A stretch of 63,132 nt of DNA, filler included, from Octopus bimaculoides (Eukaryota): assembly GCF_001194135.2 (NCBI RefSeq). It is 4 parts of 4 records of this genome, joined end to end, with 100 filler letters (N's around TTAATTAATTAA, not from the genome) between each part and the next. Parts side by side here need not be neighbours in the genome. Positions count along the whole stretch, not along the records: positions 25,201 to 51,991 come from NC_068997.1; positions 52,092 to 61,778 come from NC_069004.1; positions 61,879 to 63,132 come from NC_068982.1; 1 more part is not named here. One strand, given 5' to 3'. This document shows positions 49,965 to 62,391 of this stretch, one piece after another. The position numbers and the translations under genes are program-made. The notes beneath the pieces were generated by a model that did not search any database, had not been told where the DNA came from, and saw only the letters and a list, made by a program, of their open reading frames with translations. Each line of letters begins with the position of its first letter. The stretch's first letter is position 1.

Positions 49965-50233
49965 CACACACACACACACATGTATATATATATAAATATA
50001 TGCACATACACATATATGCATATATGAAGAATAATAATAAATGGAGCAAAACGCATATAAACAAAAGTTCCTTTAATTCCTACATATGTTTCAAAATATA
50101 TGTGCACTCTTCTCCAAAGAAATAAGATGTGCTGGAATCGCACATATATTCATCGTCAGGGAACCAACATACAGAAGCAAGACAAATGTGAAATGATAAG
50201 GTTACGTACAAGTTATAATATTATATGGCTAAG

Positions 50234-50282
<49 letters not shown>

Positions 50283-50378
50283 GTATATATGCATATATAT
50301 ATATGTACACATGCACACATATGCATATACATATATAGACACACACACACACACACACACACAAACATATATAATATA

Positions 50379-51694
50379 CAGTATCTCACAGAAGTATGAA
50401 CACCTAAAAAGTTTCAGTAAAATTGCCATTACTCTGATAATATGGTAGGAAATCAAACGAAATTTATACTGAATAAAATATATTATACATGCAAACACTA
50501 TACAAATTTGGAACACAAAACAATATACATTTTCAAAGATATGAACGAAATATTAATTTTCAAGCGATACAAAAATATGTACACCCTAAAGGATTATCTG
50601 CTTTATTCAATATTTGGTGTGACTACCCTTGCTTTCAATAACTGCATTAAGTCTTCTTGGTATAGAGTTGACTATATTTCTGCATATAACCGATGAAATC
50701 AACCTCCATTTATCTTGAATGATGTCTTTCAATTGTTACATTGCGGTATTTTTTCTCCTCAACGTTCCTTTTCAAAATACTCCACAGATCTTCTATTGGG
50801 TTTAAATCAGGTGACATGGTAGGCCAAGGCAATTCCTTTACCTTTTTATCTGATAAAAACTTAGTCGTCATCTTTGAAGTGTGTTTAGGGTCATTATCAT
50901 GTTGGAACATGGAATGTCTTCCTAGTTCCTTGATGTTTTTCAACATTGTTTTTTTAACTATATGTGAGGAGAGGCTTCCTACGAGGAACATGTCTTTGAA
51001 GACCACACTGGTTCAAACATCAGCTTACTGTTTGGGTGGATACGCTCTTTCTGCTAACAGAAGACACTTCTTGGGCCAAAGATGAAGCGTAACGACGGAT
51101 GTGGTGAATATCACATGCAGTTAAAATAGGAGGACGACCTGGACGATGTTTATGAGCTTCACCGTCCTATAGCTTTGTACCTCTGAATTACTTTGGCAAC
51201 TGTGTTTACGCTAATATGTATTCGTTTGCTAATTAACTTGTAATGTAAACCATTCTTGTGCAAATTAAAACTAATTTTCTTCAAATCTTCAGACAATTCT
51301 TTTTCTTTTGGTGCCATTTTAACCACAATGAAGAAGATTTTCACCACGGTACACAAATCAGAATTCCTGCAGATGCAATAACAATGGCCGGTGCAAAAAT
51401 GCCAGGAGAAGTAATTTATTAGAATTGAAATTATCAGCAATATCTGAATTTAGTAAAAAAAGTGGATAAAATATTGAATGTAGCAAATTTCCTTAACATA
51501 TTTTTGTAACGCTTTAAAATTAATACTTCGTTCATATCATTGAAAATGTTTATTGTTTTATGTTCAAATGCATGTAGAATACATTTTATTCAGCATGAAT
51601 ATCGTTTGATTTCCTTCGATATTATCAGAGTAATGGCAATTTTACTGAAATTTTTTAGGGGTGTACATACTTCTGTGAGGTCTGTGAGATACAG
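50379..51694 (-). mobile_element. Tc1-like transposon, long TIRs, internally deleted
   Basis: TA-CAGTATCTCACAGAAGT left end, diverged inverted repeat of about 180 bp; MAPKEKELSEDLK HTH start, FQHDNDPKH, WP..SPDLNPIE. Confidence 0.92.
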
Positions 51695-51843
51695 GAGTGG
51701 CTGTGTGGTAAGAAGCTTGCTTACCAACCACATGGTTCTGGGTTCAGTCCTACTGCACCTTGGACAAGTGTCTTCTACCATAGCCTCAGGCCGACCAAAG
51801 CCTTGTGTGTGGATTTGGTAGACGGAAACTAAAAGAAGCCTAT

Positions 51844-51907
<64 letters not shown>

Positions 51908-51991
51908 TTAGGGATAAAAATCCAAATTTACAGGTAAAAACTCAAATTCAATTTATCAAAAATTAAAATTAAATTAAGTTTCACAGTATAA

Positions 51992-52091
51992 NNNNNNNNN
52001 NNNNNNNNNNNNNNNNNNNNNNNNNNNNNNNNNNNTTAATTAATTAANNNNNNNNNNNNNNNNNNNNNNNNNNNNNNNNNNNNNNNNNNNN
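51992..52091. other. Artificial scaffold-join spacer
   Basis: 44 N + TTAATTAATTAA + 44 N. Confidence 0.95.
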
Positions 52092-52149
<58 letters not shown>

Positions 52150-53134
52150 TATGAAAATGTTATGACAAGCCAGGTTAAATTCAGCGAACCTCGTTTGTCA
52201 GGCACCCCATGTCTCATCTAGAGGTGATAACCTCAAACTCAATGTGAAGAAAATGGAGAAATACGTTCTTATATAGAATTAATTAGTTCATATATTAATC
52301 AATGATGCGTTAAGTAATTTTCTACTTGTACTAATTGCCAAATATACATTGCCAGACAATTTATTCCGGATATGTCTTGATATAAATATCCTATTTTTGT
52401 CTGTGAAATCCACTCGTTCTAAGTGGAGAGTGGCGTTAGAGTTTTGAAGGCAAGAGAAAATTAACTTTTATTGGTCTAAGACGCGTTACGAGCTGAGAAA
52501 TAACTCTGAGTGGTCAGCAGCGTTTATACGAATGACCAAGACAAATACAGGTCTATCAAATACCATACAACATCAATTCTAGATTTATTAAAACTGTCTC
52601 TGCTTCTCGAGGCTATGATTTATACTCTATGGTGTTTGATATACCTGTAATACACAGACACGTGCGCGCGTGTGTGCGAAGGCCCGTGGCTTTGTGGTTA
52701 GATTGTTGAACACACGATCGCAGTACCGTGGTTTCGATTCCTACAGCGGCGACGCTTTTTGTCCTTGAGCAAAACATTTAATTTTACGTTACTCCAGTCA
52801 ACTAAGCTGTAAATGGCTCACCTTGCGACGGACTGACCTTCCGATCAGGGGCAATGTTGGCTTGCCGTCTTGTTAGCCGCGTGGCATAATTCGACGACTT
52901 CTTGCAAACCACATAACTAGAGGCTCTAATCTTTAGCTTGTATAAATATTAAATATTGTTGTGGTCGTTGTGTTTAGCCCTAGGATCAGCCAAACCGAAT
53001 ACAATTATGATCAGAGACAAACCGTCCATAACCAACCCGTCTTCAATAACTTAATTACTCAAACTATCCTTCCATTAATAGAAAAAAGTACGAGTGATTT
53101 GAGGGTTGTTCTGCTCTTATTTTTAGCATATATA

Positions 53135-53298
53135 GGCGCAGGAGTGGCTGCGTGGTAAGTAGCTTGCTTATGAACCACATGGTTCTGGGTTCAGTCCCAC
53201 TGCGTGGCACCGTGGGCAAAATGTCTTCTACTATAGCCTCGGGCCGACCAAAGACCTGTGAGTGGATTTGGTAGACGGAAACTGAAAGAAGCCCGTCG

Positions 53299-53337
<39 letters not shown>

Positions 53338-53510
53338 TTGACAACTGATACTGGTGTGTTTATGTCCCCGTAAGTTAGCGGTTCAGCAAAAGCTACCGAT
53401 AGAATAAGTACTAGGCTTGCAAAGAATAAATCTTGGGGTCGATTTGTTCGAATAAAGGCGGTGCTCCAGCATGGCCTCAGTCAAATGACGGAAACGAATA
53501 AAAGAATATC
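53135..53510 (+). mobile_element. SINE family A, near full length, CpGs retained
   Basis: GGCGCAGGAGTGGCTGCGTGGTAAG head through GAAACGAATAAAAGA tail. Confidence 0.9.
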
Positions 53511-53794
53511 GACTGACCGACAACTTCTTCACCATATTTCTTTCACGCAAACATACACATATATGTACATGCACATATGTATAATGAGCTCACATACACA
53601 AATATGTGTGTGTGTGTGTGTGTGTGTTTATCCACACACGTACACATACATAGATATATACATACGTACGCGTATATTTATAAATGTATATATACAAATG
53701 GATATATTGTGTGTGTTTGTATAAAACGGTAGAGAGGTGGGGTATAAAATGGAGTTGAGTGCTGTGGCAGTCATTCCTTCACAATCAGTGCATT

Positions 53795-53905
53795 AGCGGT
53801 GACGTGTGTGAGTGTGAAATGATTAGAGTCCGGAGATTGAGACAGCGCCGCAGTTACGGTTTTACCGGAAGCTCACCTCTAGCTCTAAACGTCACTAACC
53901 AATCC
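53795..53905. promoter_or_regulatory. CpG-rich promoter-like motif cluster
   Basis: ACCGGAAG (ETS-like) 53864-53871, ACGTCA 53889-53894, CCAAT 53899-53903, a second TGACGT near 53800. Motif matches only. Confidence 0.35.
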
Positions 53906-54030
53906 ATGCAGTCCTCACTCCCCTCCCCACCATGCGCCCATTTCATTCGATTCTTCGCCTCCACCATCATTTTGACTCGCATCACCTCCCCTCTCTCCAC
54001 ACACACATATACCGTACACGCCAATTCACC

Positions 54031-54241
54031 TCACCACAACTCGCTACACATCGCCGACAGTTGACGACGAAACACAAGAAATAATAATAATAATAATAAT
54101 AATAATAATCGTAACAGCAACAGCAACAACAACAACAACATTGCCATGAAGATGGCCGCTTTCCTTGGAGTGCTTCCTCGTTTATCGACCGAAAATGGTG
54201 TTGTGTTAAGCCCCCCAGCAGGCTTTGGAATAATTTCCGGT
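54031..54241 (-). CDS. Candidate terminal exon of the fasciclin gene (linker plus hydrophobic, GPI-like tail)
   Basis: ttttcag acceptor, then PEIIPKPAGGLNTTPFSVDKRGSTPRKAAIFMAMLLLLLLLLLRLLLLLLLLLFLVFRRQLSAMCSELW*. Phase 2, so at least one unseen exon is required after 55545. Confidence 0.4.
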
Positions 54242-54712
54242 CTGAAAATCTCCGTGAAGTAGTCATCTCAGCAGGAATTTGATGCGAACATGATGCCAAC
54301 CGATTTAAAAACGTCCAATATTGGTAGATTCCCTTAATCTGTTCGTTAAAGCGTTCCTATTTCTATGGTTCGCTTTTTAAATTTCAAGCTGAAATTAAAG
54401 CTATTATCAACGAACGCTGTTTCTTTATAATGTATGTATGTATTTATTTATCTATTTATTTATTTATAGGTTCTGTATATCCAATATTTCTGGTGCATTC
54501 TCACATCTATCAATCTCTCTCTATTAATACATACAAACACATCTATATGTGCACATAGACACATACATATGCATACACACACACACACACACACATACAC
54601 ACATATATATACACATACACACATATATACACACACGCACACACATATATATACAGACACACACATATATACACACACACATATACACACACACATATAC
54701 ACACACACAATT

Positions 54713-54763
<51 letters not shown>

Positions 54764-54790
54764 NNNNNNNNNNTATATATATATACATAT

Positions 54791-54849
<59 letters not shown>

Positions 54850-55544
54850 CACACATACACACAAAGACATGCAGAAACAATTTTTCCATCACTTTAACCG
54901 TATCATAGACAGTAATTGTCTGTTAATCTCTCCTCCTCCTCCTCCCCTTCTCACACACAATACTTTCTACAGATGTGTCTGTGTGTGTGTGTGTGTTCAT
55001 GCATGTAAAAGTAGACCTGGAAATCGAGTGTTGCAGGAAACCTAATCTGTATATAACTGTAATATGTTGAGACCTCCGTCACTTATGTCAATACTGTGAC
55101 ATCAAGAATCGTATTAAGACACAACATATATTAGTCTACGTGGCGACAGTTTTATAATAACGATAGCAATAATAGTGCTTTCAAATTTTGGCACAAGGCC
55201 AGCAAGATTAGGTGGTGGTGGTGGGGTTGTTAAATTGTTTACATTGTTCCCCAGTGCTTAACAGGTTCTTATTTTATCGATCTCGTAAGGATGAACGGGG
55301 AAAGTCAACTTTGACGGAACTTGGCGAAACAACGTTAAGCGGTTTGAACAAGTACCATTCTTTAAAACATATATACTCGAATCAATACGTAAGACTAAAA
55401 ACAAAAAACATTTCACGGAGGTGCCCCAGCATGGCCGCAGAAACGAGGAAAAGAGTAAAAGACATAGGCAACCGTGTATATTCACAGTTCCTTGGTTTAG
55501 TTTCACGATGAAGTCTAAAACGATATTGTAGAAATATATCTCAC

Positions 55545-55707
55545 CTGGTTTAAAAATGTTTGGTTTAAAGCAAATTTCTGTTTTGTTCTTGAAGGAATTG
55601 TTGAAAGAGAATCATCATTTGGCAGGAATATGGTAAGTGGGGTGGAACCTGCTCTTGATAGTAAAGACCGAATCTCCGGGTATCTGCTAATGTAACCAGC
55701 CGCGTGG
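55545..55707 (-). CDS. Fasciclin (FAS1-domain) gene exon with H1 motif
   Basis: tttttatattttcag acceptor, CAG|gtgaga donor; (S)HAAGYISRYPEIRSLLSRAGSTPLTIFLPNDDSL...FLNQ fits T(I/V)F(A/L)PxNxAF; phase 2 to 0. Confidence 0.88.
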
Positions 55708-55760
55708 CTGAAAATATAAAAAGAAATGCTTCTAAATATACATGAATAGATAAACTCAGG

Positions 55761-55822
<62 letters not shown>

Positions 55823-56077
55823 TACAAGAGGGTGCTGAAGGTCCTGGCTTTAAGGAAAAGACCTAGTTAGACGCGTAACTTTCCGAGTTCTTTTACAGGG
55901 TTCAGAAAAATTGAAGGACCGATGCAATAAGTGTGTGAAGTTCCCCAGATAGACGTATCTTTATGTCTGGCAATTTTCGTTGGACGTGTAAATGAGAGTT
56001 TGCGGTATTAAGGTCATAGACAAAGTCAAGACAAAATTTATGAAAACTTAGATGCACTATCGACGGAAGGAACTTAC

Positions 56078-56225
56078 CTTAGTTTTGGCATGTCTCTTAT
56101 AGCTTCCCATAACGTAAAGTTCTTATAGAACATGAAATTGGTTATCAAATGAATCACACCGTTTATACAACCTACATCTGACTGGACGATTTTCACCCAA
56201 GTCGCGCCACCTTCAACGTAAGTAT
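56078..56225 (-). CDS. Fasciclin (FAS1-domain) gene exon with H2 motif
   Basis: atttcag acceptor, AAG|gtaagt donor; TYVEGGATWVKIVQSDVGCINGVIHLITNFMF...LWEAIRDMPKL; phase 1 to 2, splices in frame to 55545-55707; resembles insect Fasciclin-1. Confidence 0.9.
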
Positions 56226-56275
56226 CTGAAATAATAATAATAATAATAATAATAACGATAATAATAATGATGATA

Positions 56276-56316
<41 letters not shown>

Positions 56317-56334
56317 AACATGACAACATAGCAA

Positions 56335-56880
56335 GGATTATCCATTGGACACATTGCAACAAGTATGGACTTGACAGAGTAAAAAAAGTGGTACGAACAT
56401 AAACCTGAAGGCATCATCGAAAATGATAATGCAAAGATCCTATGGGATTTTATGATTCAGTGCAACCATGAGATAGAGAATAGGAAACCAGACTTAGTGT
56501 TAATTGAGAAAGAAAGCAAGGATGCTGGATCATAGATATAGCATGCCCAGCTGACAACAAGGTATGTGATAAGGAAGAAAGAAAAGTCGATAGATATGAC
56601 AGGTTAGCTTGGGAAGTTAAGCAGTTGTGGTCGATGAGAAAGGTGGTAGTAGTAGTACCAATAATTGTTGGAGCCCTGAGAACAGTGAGTAAAAATCTTG
56701 AGAAGTACATGGAACAAATAGGGGCTGCAATAAGGTTGGAACACTTGCAGAAAACAGCACAGCTTGGAACCGCTCGAATACTACGGAAGGTGCTCGAAAA
56801 ATAAGGTGTTACCTGAGTTCACTGGTTGTGAACAGCTGACACCATAGTTCATCTCCAGCGTTAGAAGCTGTGCAAAGGCA
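56335..56880 (+). mobile_element. R4/Dong-like LINE 3' end in the fasciclin intron, CpGs retained
   Basis: WYEHKPEG...KILWDFMIQC...RKPDLVLIEK...LQKTAQLGTARILRKVLEK*. Confidence 0.88.
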
Positions 56881-57717
56881 ATGTAATAATGATAATAATT
56901 TTGGTACAGAGCCGCAGTTTTTGAAGGGAGGGGTAGTCAGTCACATCGATCCGAGTGCTCGACTGGTGCTTATTTTAACAACCTCAATAGAATAAGAAGC
57001 ATAGTCGAACTCGGCTGAATATGAACTTAGATGGTAGTAACGGACGAAATGTCGCAAAGCATTTTGTCCGACGAGCTAACGATTCTGTCTACTAGCTGCT
57101 TTAAAACAATAATTGTTTCAAATTTTGGCACTAGGCCAGTAATTTGAAGGGGAGGGGATTCTTCGAGTTCATGGACTCAAAGAATTTACTGGTAGTTTAT
57201 TTCAACTTCGAAAAGGTGAAAGGCAAAGCCGACCTCTGCGAGATTTGAATTTAGAACGTAGAGAGCCGGAGGAAACGGCGCCAATTATTTTATCCGATGC
57301 AGTTACGATTCCGCCAGGTCAATAATAAGTACGTCCATTCGGCAGAGAACGTTTTATAGAACTAAAAATACAAAAGACACGAGTTGTGTTTTATGTGTCA
57401 ACCACTTTCGTTCTGTTATTGGATTGAAGAGCGAAATGCCAGCGACGAAATAATTAGCATAAACACAAAAGTTGAGCAGGTAATAACTGTAGATTACGTA
57501 AAATGGTCTGGAAATTACGAGGATGGAGGGTCATTGCCATTCGTAAATGGCTCCGCTGAGAGGATTATTCCGGCTTCTTAGTGAGTCGATGGTAAATGTC
57601 GACACTGCTATCGTGATCCTTAAAACAATGGGACAGAATCCTCTCGAAGAATATCCTGACCCCGACCTCGTAAAGTACATTGCGATGTGTAGTGAGGAAC
57701 ACAAAGCAGTGTGGGTG

Positions 57718-57758
<41 letters not shown>

Positions 57759-58280
57759 GCACACACAAACACACACGTATATACACACACACATACATAT
57801 AAACACTTGTATATATATATATATATACAAACACACATACATAGATATACACATACATAAATGTATGTATGTATGTAGGTATACACACACATAGATGAAA
57901 ACAAATGCACACACATGCAGCCACGTGATTATATGAATATAGCTGGATTATTTTCATGAAAAGAAGTAACAACCATTGTAGAACTGCAGCGGCACTGGTG
58001 GCAACAATGGCGGTGCTGGTGCTGGTGGTGGTGGTAGTGGTATTAGTAGAAAGATATAATGCCAAGCAGGAGGAGGTGATCAAAACCGATCATTTTCTAT
58101 AATGAATACTATGATGATGATGATGATGATGATGATAACGGCAGCGGCTGTGTTTTCAAGAATGTGTTAAGAGTTGTTGGAGGGCCATTGTCTGTCTAAT
58201 TGTCTGTCCGTCTGTTTGTCTATAAATCAAGTGTTGTGAACAGGTTTCAGGTTCACTTTGAACTCTGCATACAGCGTACT

Positions 58281-58436
<156 letters not shown>

Positions 58437-59278
58437 ACTTGCAGGACGTCTCTTGTGTTACTATGGCAATTGTCTAACAAAGAGGAACAGCCCACTTCGT
58501 TCCCCTCCTGCATCTCCTCCTCATCATCATCGCTTCATCTATAGCAATCACGTGACTAAGCATATTCCAGGCGTCCAGACAGTGCTACATGTTATGGTGC
58601 AATGTAGCAGCTACATTATTCCTCAAATATATATATTTTTTCCTTGAAGAAGGCGTATAAAAGTAAAACTGAAGATTTGTGAGTTACCCAAATATACGTA
58701 GCACAGATCTCTGGGCTCTGAGTTCAAATCTGGCCGAAATCAACTCTGCATCACATTGTTTCAGAGTCCTTTCTTTTAATTCATTTATTTGATTGGTCTG
58801 GGGGAGGGACATCACCCATGACCTTTATAGTCTCTCTGACGTTGGTGAACTTGATGCTGTTAGAGTCCTATATAAATTGTAGCGGGTTGGGTATATGATA
58901 AAAGATTTCTTCCCAACCACATGGCTCCAGGTTCAGTCCCACTGAATGGCACCTTGGGCAAATGTCTTCTACTACAGCCTTGTATAGGTTAGTGTGTATG
59001 TTTTTGTCCCCCCAACATTGCTTAACAACCGATTTTCGTGTGTTTACGTTCCCGTAACTTAGCGGTTCGGCCTGAATGACGGGGTTCGCCAAGAATTTCG
59101 TTGGTCGGCAGAGTTTCTATCAACCCCTATCTCATCCACTAATTCTTCCTAAGATAGGCATCAGATCTGAAACTAATTTGTTGAGCCGGCAATGGTTAGT
59201 TGATTCCATCCAAATGCTTGACTGGTTCTTTAATTATCTACCCCGAAAAGATATCAAGTAAAGTCGATCTCCTTCAGA

Positions 59279-59358
59279 AGAGGAACACAGAACGTAAAGA
59301 GGAACACAGAACGTAAAGAGGAACACAGAACGTAAAGAGGAACACAGAACGTAAAGAG
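59279..59358 (+). repeat. 19-bp minisatellite, about 4.2 identical copies
   Basis: Unit AGAGGAACACAGAACGTAA, no spacers. Confidence 0.95.
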
Positions 59359-59499
59359 CCAGAACAAAGAATGGAAAACATTTCTTTCGATGCGTTAACG
59401 ATTCAGACAATGTGTCTCTTTGTTTTTTTTCAAAATTGGTTTTAAATTAGGTAGAAAGCTAACAAATTTGGGAGGGGGTGGTTATTCAATAGCATTTAC

Positions 59500-59639
59500 C
59501 ACAGTAACAGCGCGGGACATTATCTGATCGGCCCAGGAGGGTTGAAAAAGCAAAGGTAACTTCAGTGCCATCTGCACCCACAGCGAAAAAGTGTCGCAAA
59601 AGATACCGCAACAGAATTCCGCAGATGCTCAAAATATTC
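59500..59639 (-). CDS. Candidate upstream fasciclin exon
   Basis: ctggcag acceptor (weak), G|gtaaat donor; NILSICGILLRYLLRHFFAVG...FSTLLGRSDNVPRCYC; phase-1 end joins 56225 in frame (G+AT = Asp); loosely fits FAS1 LLxYH...TLLG. Confidence 0.38.
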
Positions 59640-60534
59640 CTGCCAGTAATAATTTTACAACTACCACTACCACTACTACTATTACTACTACTACTACTAC
59701 TAATAATAATAATAATAATGATAATAATAATAATAATCGTTAGTGTTCCTTTAGTTGCCAAAACGAACATGTTTGAGGAAGGCGGAATGCATAATAAATA
59801 AGTTCATAAAATGATTTTCAAAAAATAAAATAAACGATGAAATGGATAACAGTAAACGGTGTCTGACTAAAGTCTACAGATTTGATGGTGAGATTAACAT
59901 TGAACTTCATCAACACAGGGATGTGTGCCTCTGTATACACCCACATCATGAATATATATATATATATATACATGAAGAAGTGGGTATACACACATATATA
60001 TATATATACATAAACAGCATGTGTGTGTGTATATATATATATATATATACATATATATATGTGTGTGCCTGTATTTATATATGCATATATACATACACAC
60101 ATGAATATATACATGGAAACACACGAACAATGATGTTGGTATCAATGATGCAAATCAGTGTGTGTGTGTCTAAAGCTGATGATTTTGGGGTCGATAATAA
60201 TAACTGTTGCTTCTGCTACTATAACTATTACTATAACTGAATTTATAATAACAAGCATTAATAATAATAATAATGATAATAATAATGATGATGATGATGA
60301 TGATAATAATAATAATAATGGCGGCAAGGCACGTAATTGTAGCCTGAGAAGATAAGGTAGGTTTGCGAACAATAGAATAACAATTGTGTTGTAAGTATGA
60401 ATTAATGTATTGTAGAAATTTAGTTAAGTTTATCAATAACAATGTATTGATACGGGCAATATGCGTTGGTGGAAGTGGGGTTAGATTATGAGATGATATA
60501 AACAGATACACAACACACGCGTCGTTTATACATA

Positions 60535-61250
60535 GATTAAGTACCAGTCAAGTACTGGGTTCGATGTGATCGACTTTCTCAATCCCCCAAAATTTCAGAC
60601 TTTATGCTTTTAGTAGAAAGGATTATTAATATTATTGCGGCGGCGACCTGGCAGACTCTTTGCTGCGTCGAACAAAATGCATAGCACTTTCTCCTACTCC
60701 TAAAGCTCTGAGTTCAAATCCCACCGAGGTGAAATTTTCCTTTCATTCTTTCAAGATCGATAAAATGCAGTACTCGTCAAATATTGGGATCGGTGTAATC
60801 AGCTAACCCCGCCCACCTTAAGCTAAAGCTGGTGGTGGCATTGCGCCGAAATTCGAAACCACGATTGTTGGTGTTGTTGCCATTGAAGATAATTGACCCC
60901 GAAAGGTTGAATGGCGAGGTCGACCTCGGCGGAATTTGAACTTAGAACGTAGCGGCAGACGAAATAACGCTAAGCATTTCGCCTGGCGTGCTAACGATTC
61001 TGCCTTAATAATAATAATAATAATAACAATAAAAATGATGATGATGATAGTGATGATGAAAAAAGTGGTTCCGAAGTTTGGCACAAGGCCAGTAGTTGTT
61101 GAGGACAGGAGTAAGTCAATTACATCGACACCCCAGTACTTGACTGGTATTTCATTTCGCCGACCCCAAAATATAAAAAAACAAAGTCGACTTCGACGAA
61201 ATTTGAACTCAGGACCTTAAGACGTACGAAATGCATCTCGTCGCTTTTAG
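60535..61250. mobile_element. Cluster of SINE family C copies in both orientations
   Basis: TCTGAGTTCAAAT...CTTTCATCCTTTC...AGTAC.GGGGTCGA family; also at about 25640-25850, 26510-27000, 45520-45950, 47440-47670, 56890-57310. Confidence 0.8.
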
Positions 61251-61739
61251 TAATAATAATAATCGGTGGTGAGAGAAGGAACTGTAGCTCGAAAACGCAC
61301 ACAAGGTTGTCAAACAAGAAAATAATTATTTTACTGTTATGCATACGTACATGTATGCATTCATACTGCATTATATAAAAAAAACAGCGATAATCTAGAC
61401 TCTATTATATAGCAATATCACGACGTGTTGTGTCTCCAGTATCATCTTACCAATATACACACAATATTGGTGAGATATATATCAGTAATATATATATCAC
61501 TACAATCTGTTTACAATCTATATCTGTCTCTATCTGCTGGAATCATTGCTTGTAATATATGTTCTCTCTGTGTATAAATTAATACAAACATACAATCAAC
61601 ACATGTACATGTCCGTGTATATACTGTGTGTATATTAATGGTATAGTGTTCGAGGCGTTTATAGGAAAGAAATAATTTTTTCTTTTTACATAGTTTGTTA
61701 GGCACTTGGCGTTTTTTTTACCAGCTGCTGCTGTGTAGA

Positions 61740-61778
<39 letters not shown>

Positions 61779-61878
61779 NNNNNNNNNNNNNNNNNNNNNN
61801 NNNNNNNNNNNNNNNNNNNNNNTTAATTAATTAANNNNNNNNNNNNNNNNNNNNNNNNNNNNNNNNNNNNNNNNNNNN
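61779..61878. other. Artificial scaffold-join spacer
   Basis: 44 N + TTAATTAATTAA + 44 N. Confidence 0.95.
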
Positions 61879-61891
61879 ATATATATATATT

Positions 61892-61933
<42 letters not shown>

Positions 61934-62316
61934 AGTGTGTGTGTGTATGTGTGTGTGTGTGTGTGTGTCTGTGTCCGTCCCCAACCAGCGCTTCACAATA
62001 GATGCCGCTGTGTTCACGTCCCCGTAGCCTAGCGGTTCGGCAAAAGATTCCGATCGAATAGGTACTAAGCTCACAAAGAATAAGTACTGGGGTCGATTCG
62101 TTCGACTAAAGACGATGCTCCAGCATGGCCGCAGTCAAATGACTGAAACAAATAAAAGAAAAAAGGAAGGGATATATATCTACACATATACATCTATATA
62201 TATACATCTATATATATATATATATATATAAGTTAAAAAAAAGACAAAAACAATAACAAAAAACAACAACGTGAGGACGTGATACGGATAGTGTTATTAG
62301 ACGCTCGGGAGAGGAA

Positions 62317-62391
<75 letters not shown>

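Noticed and set aside
59279-59358. 19-bp repeats as a CRISPR-like array
   Set aside because: No spacers, eukaryotic context, no cas genes; simple slippage minisatellite.
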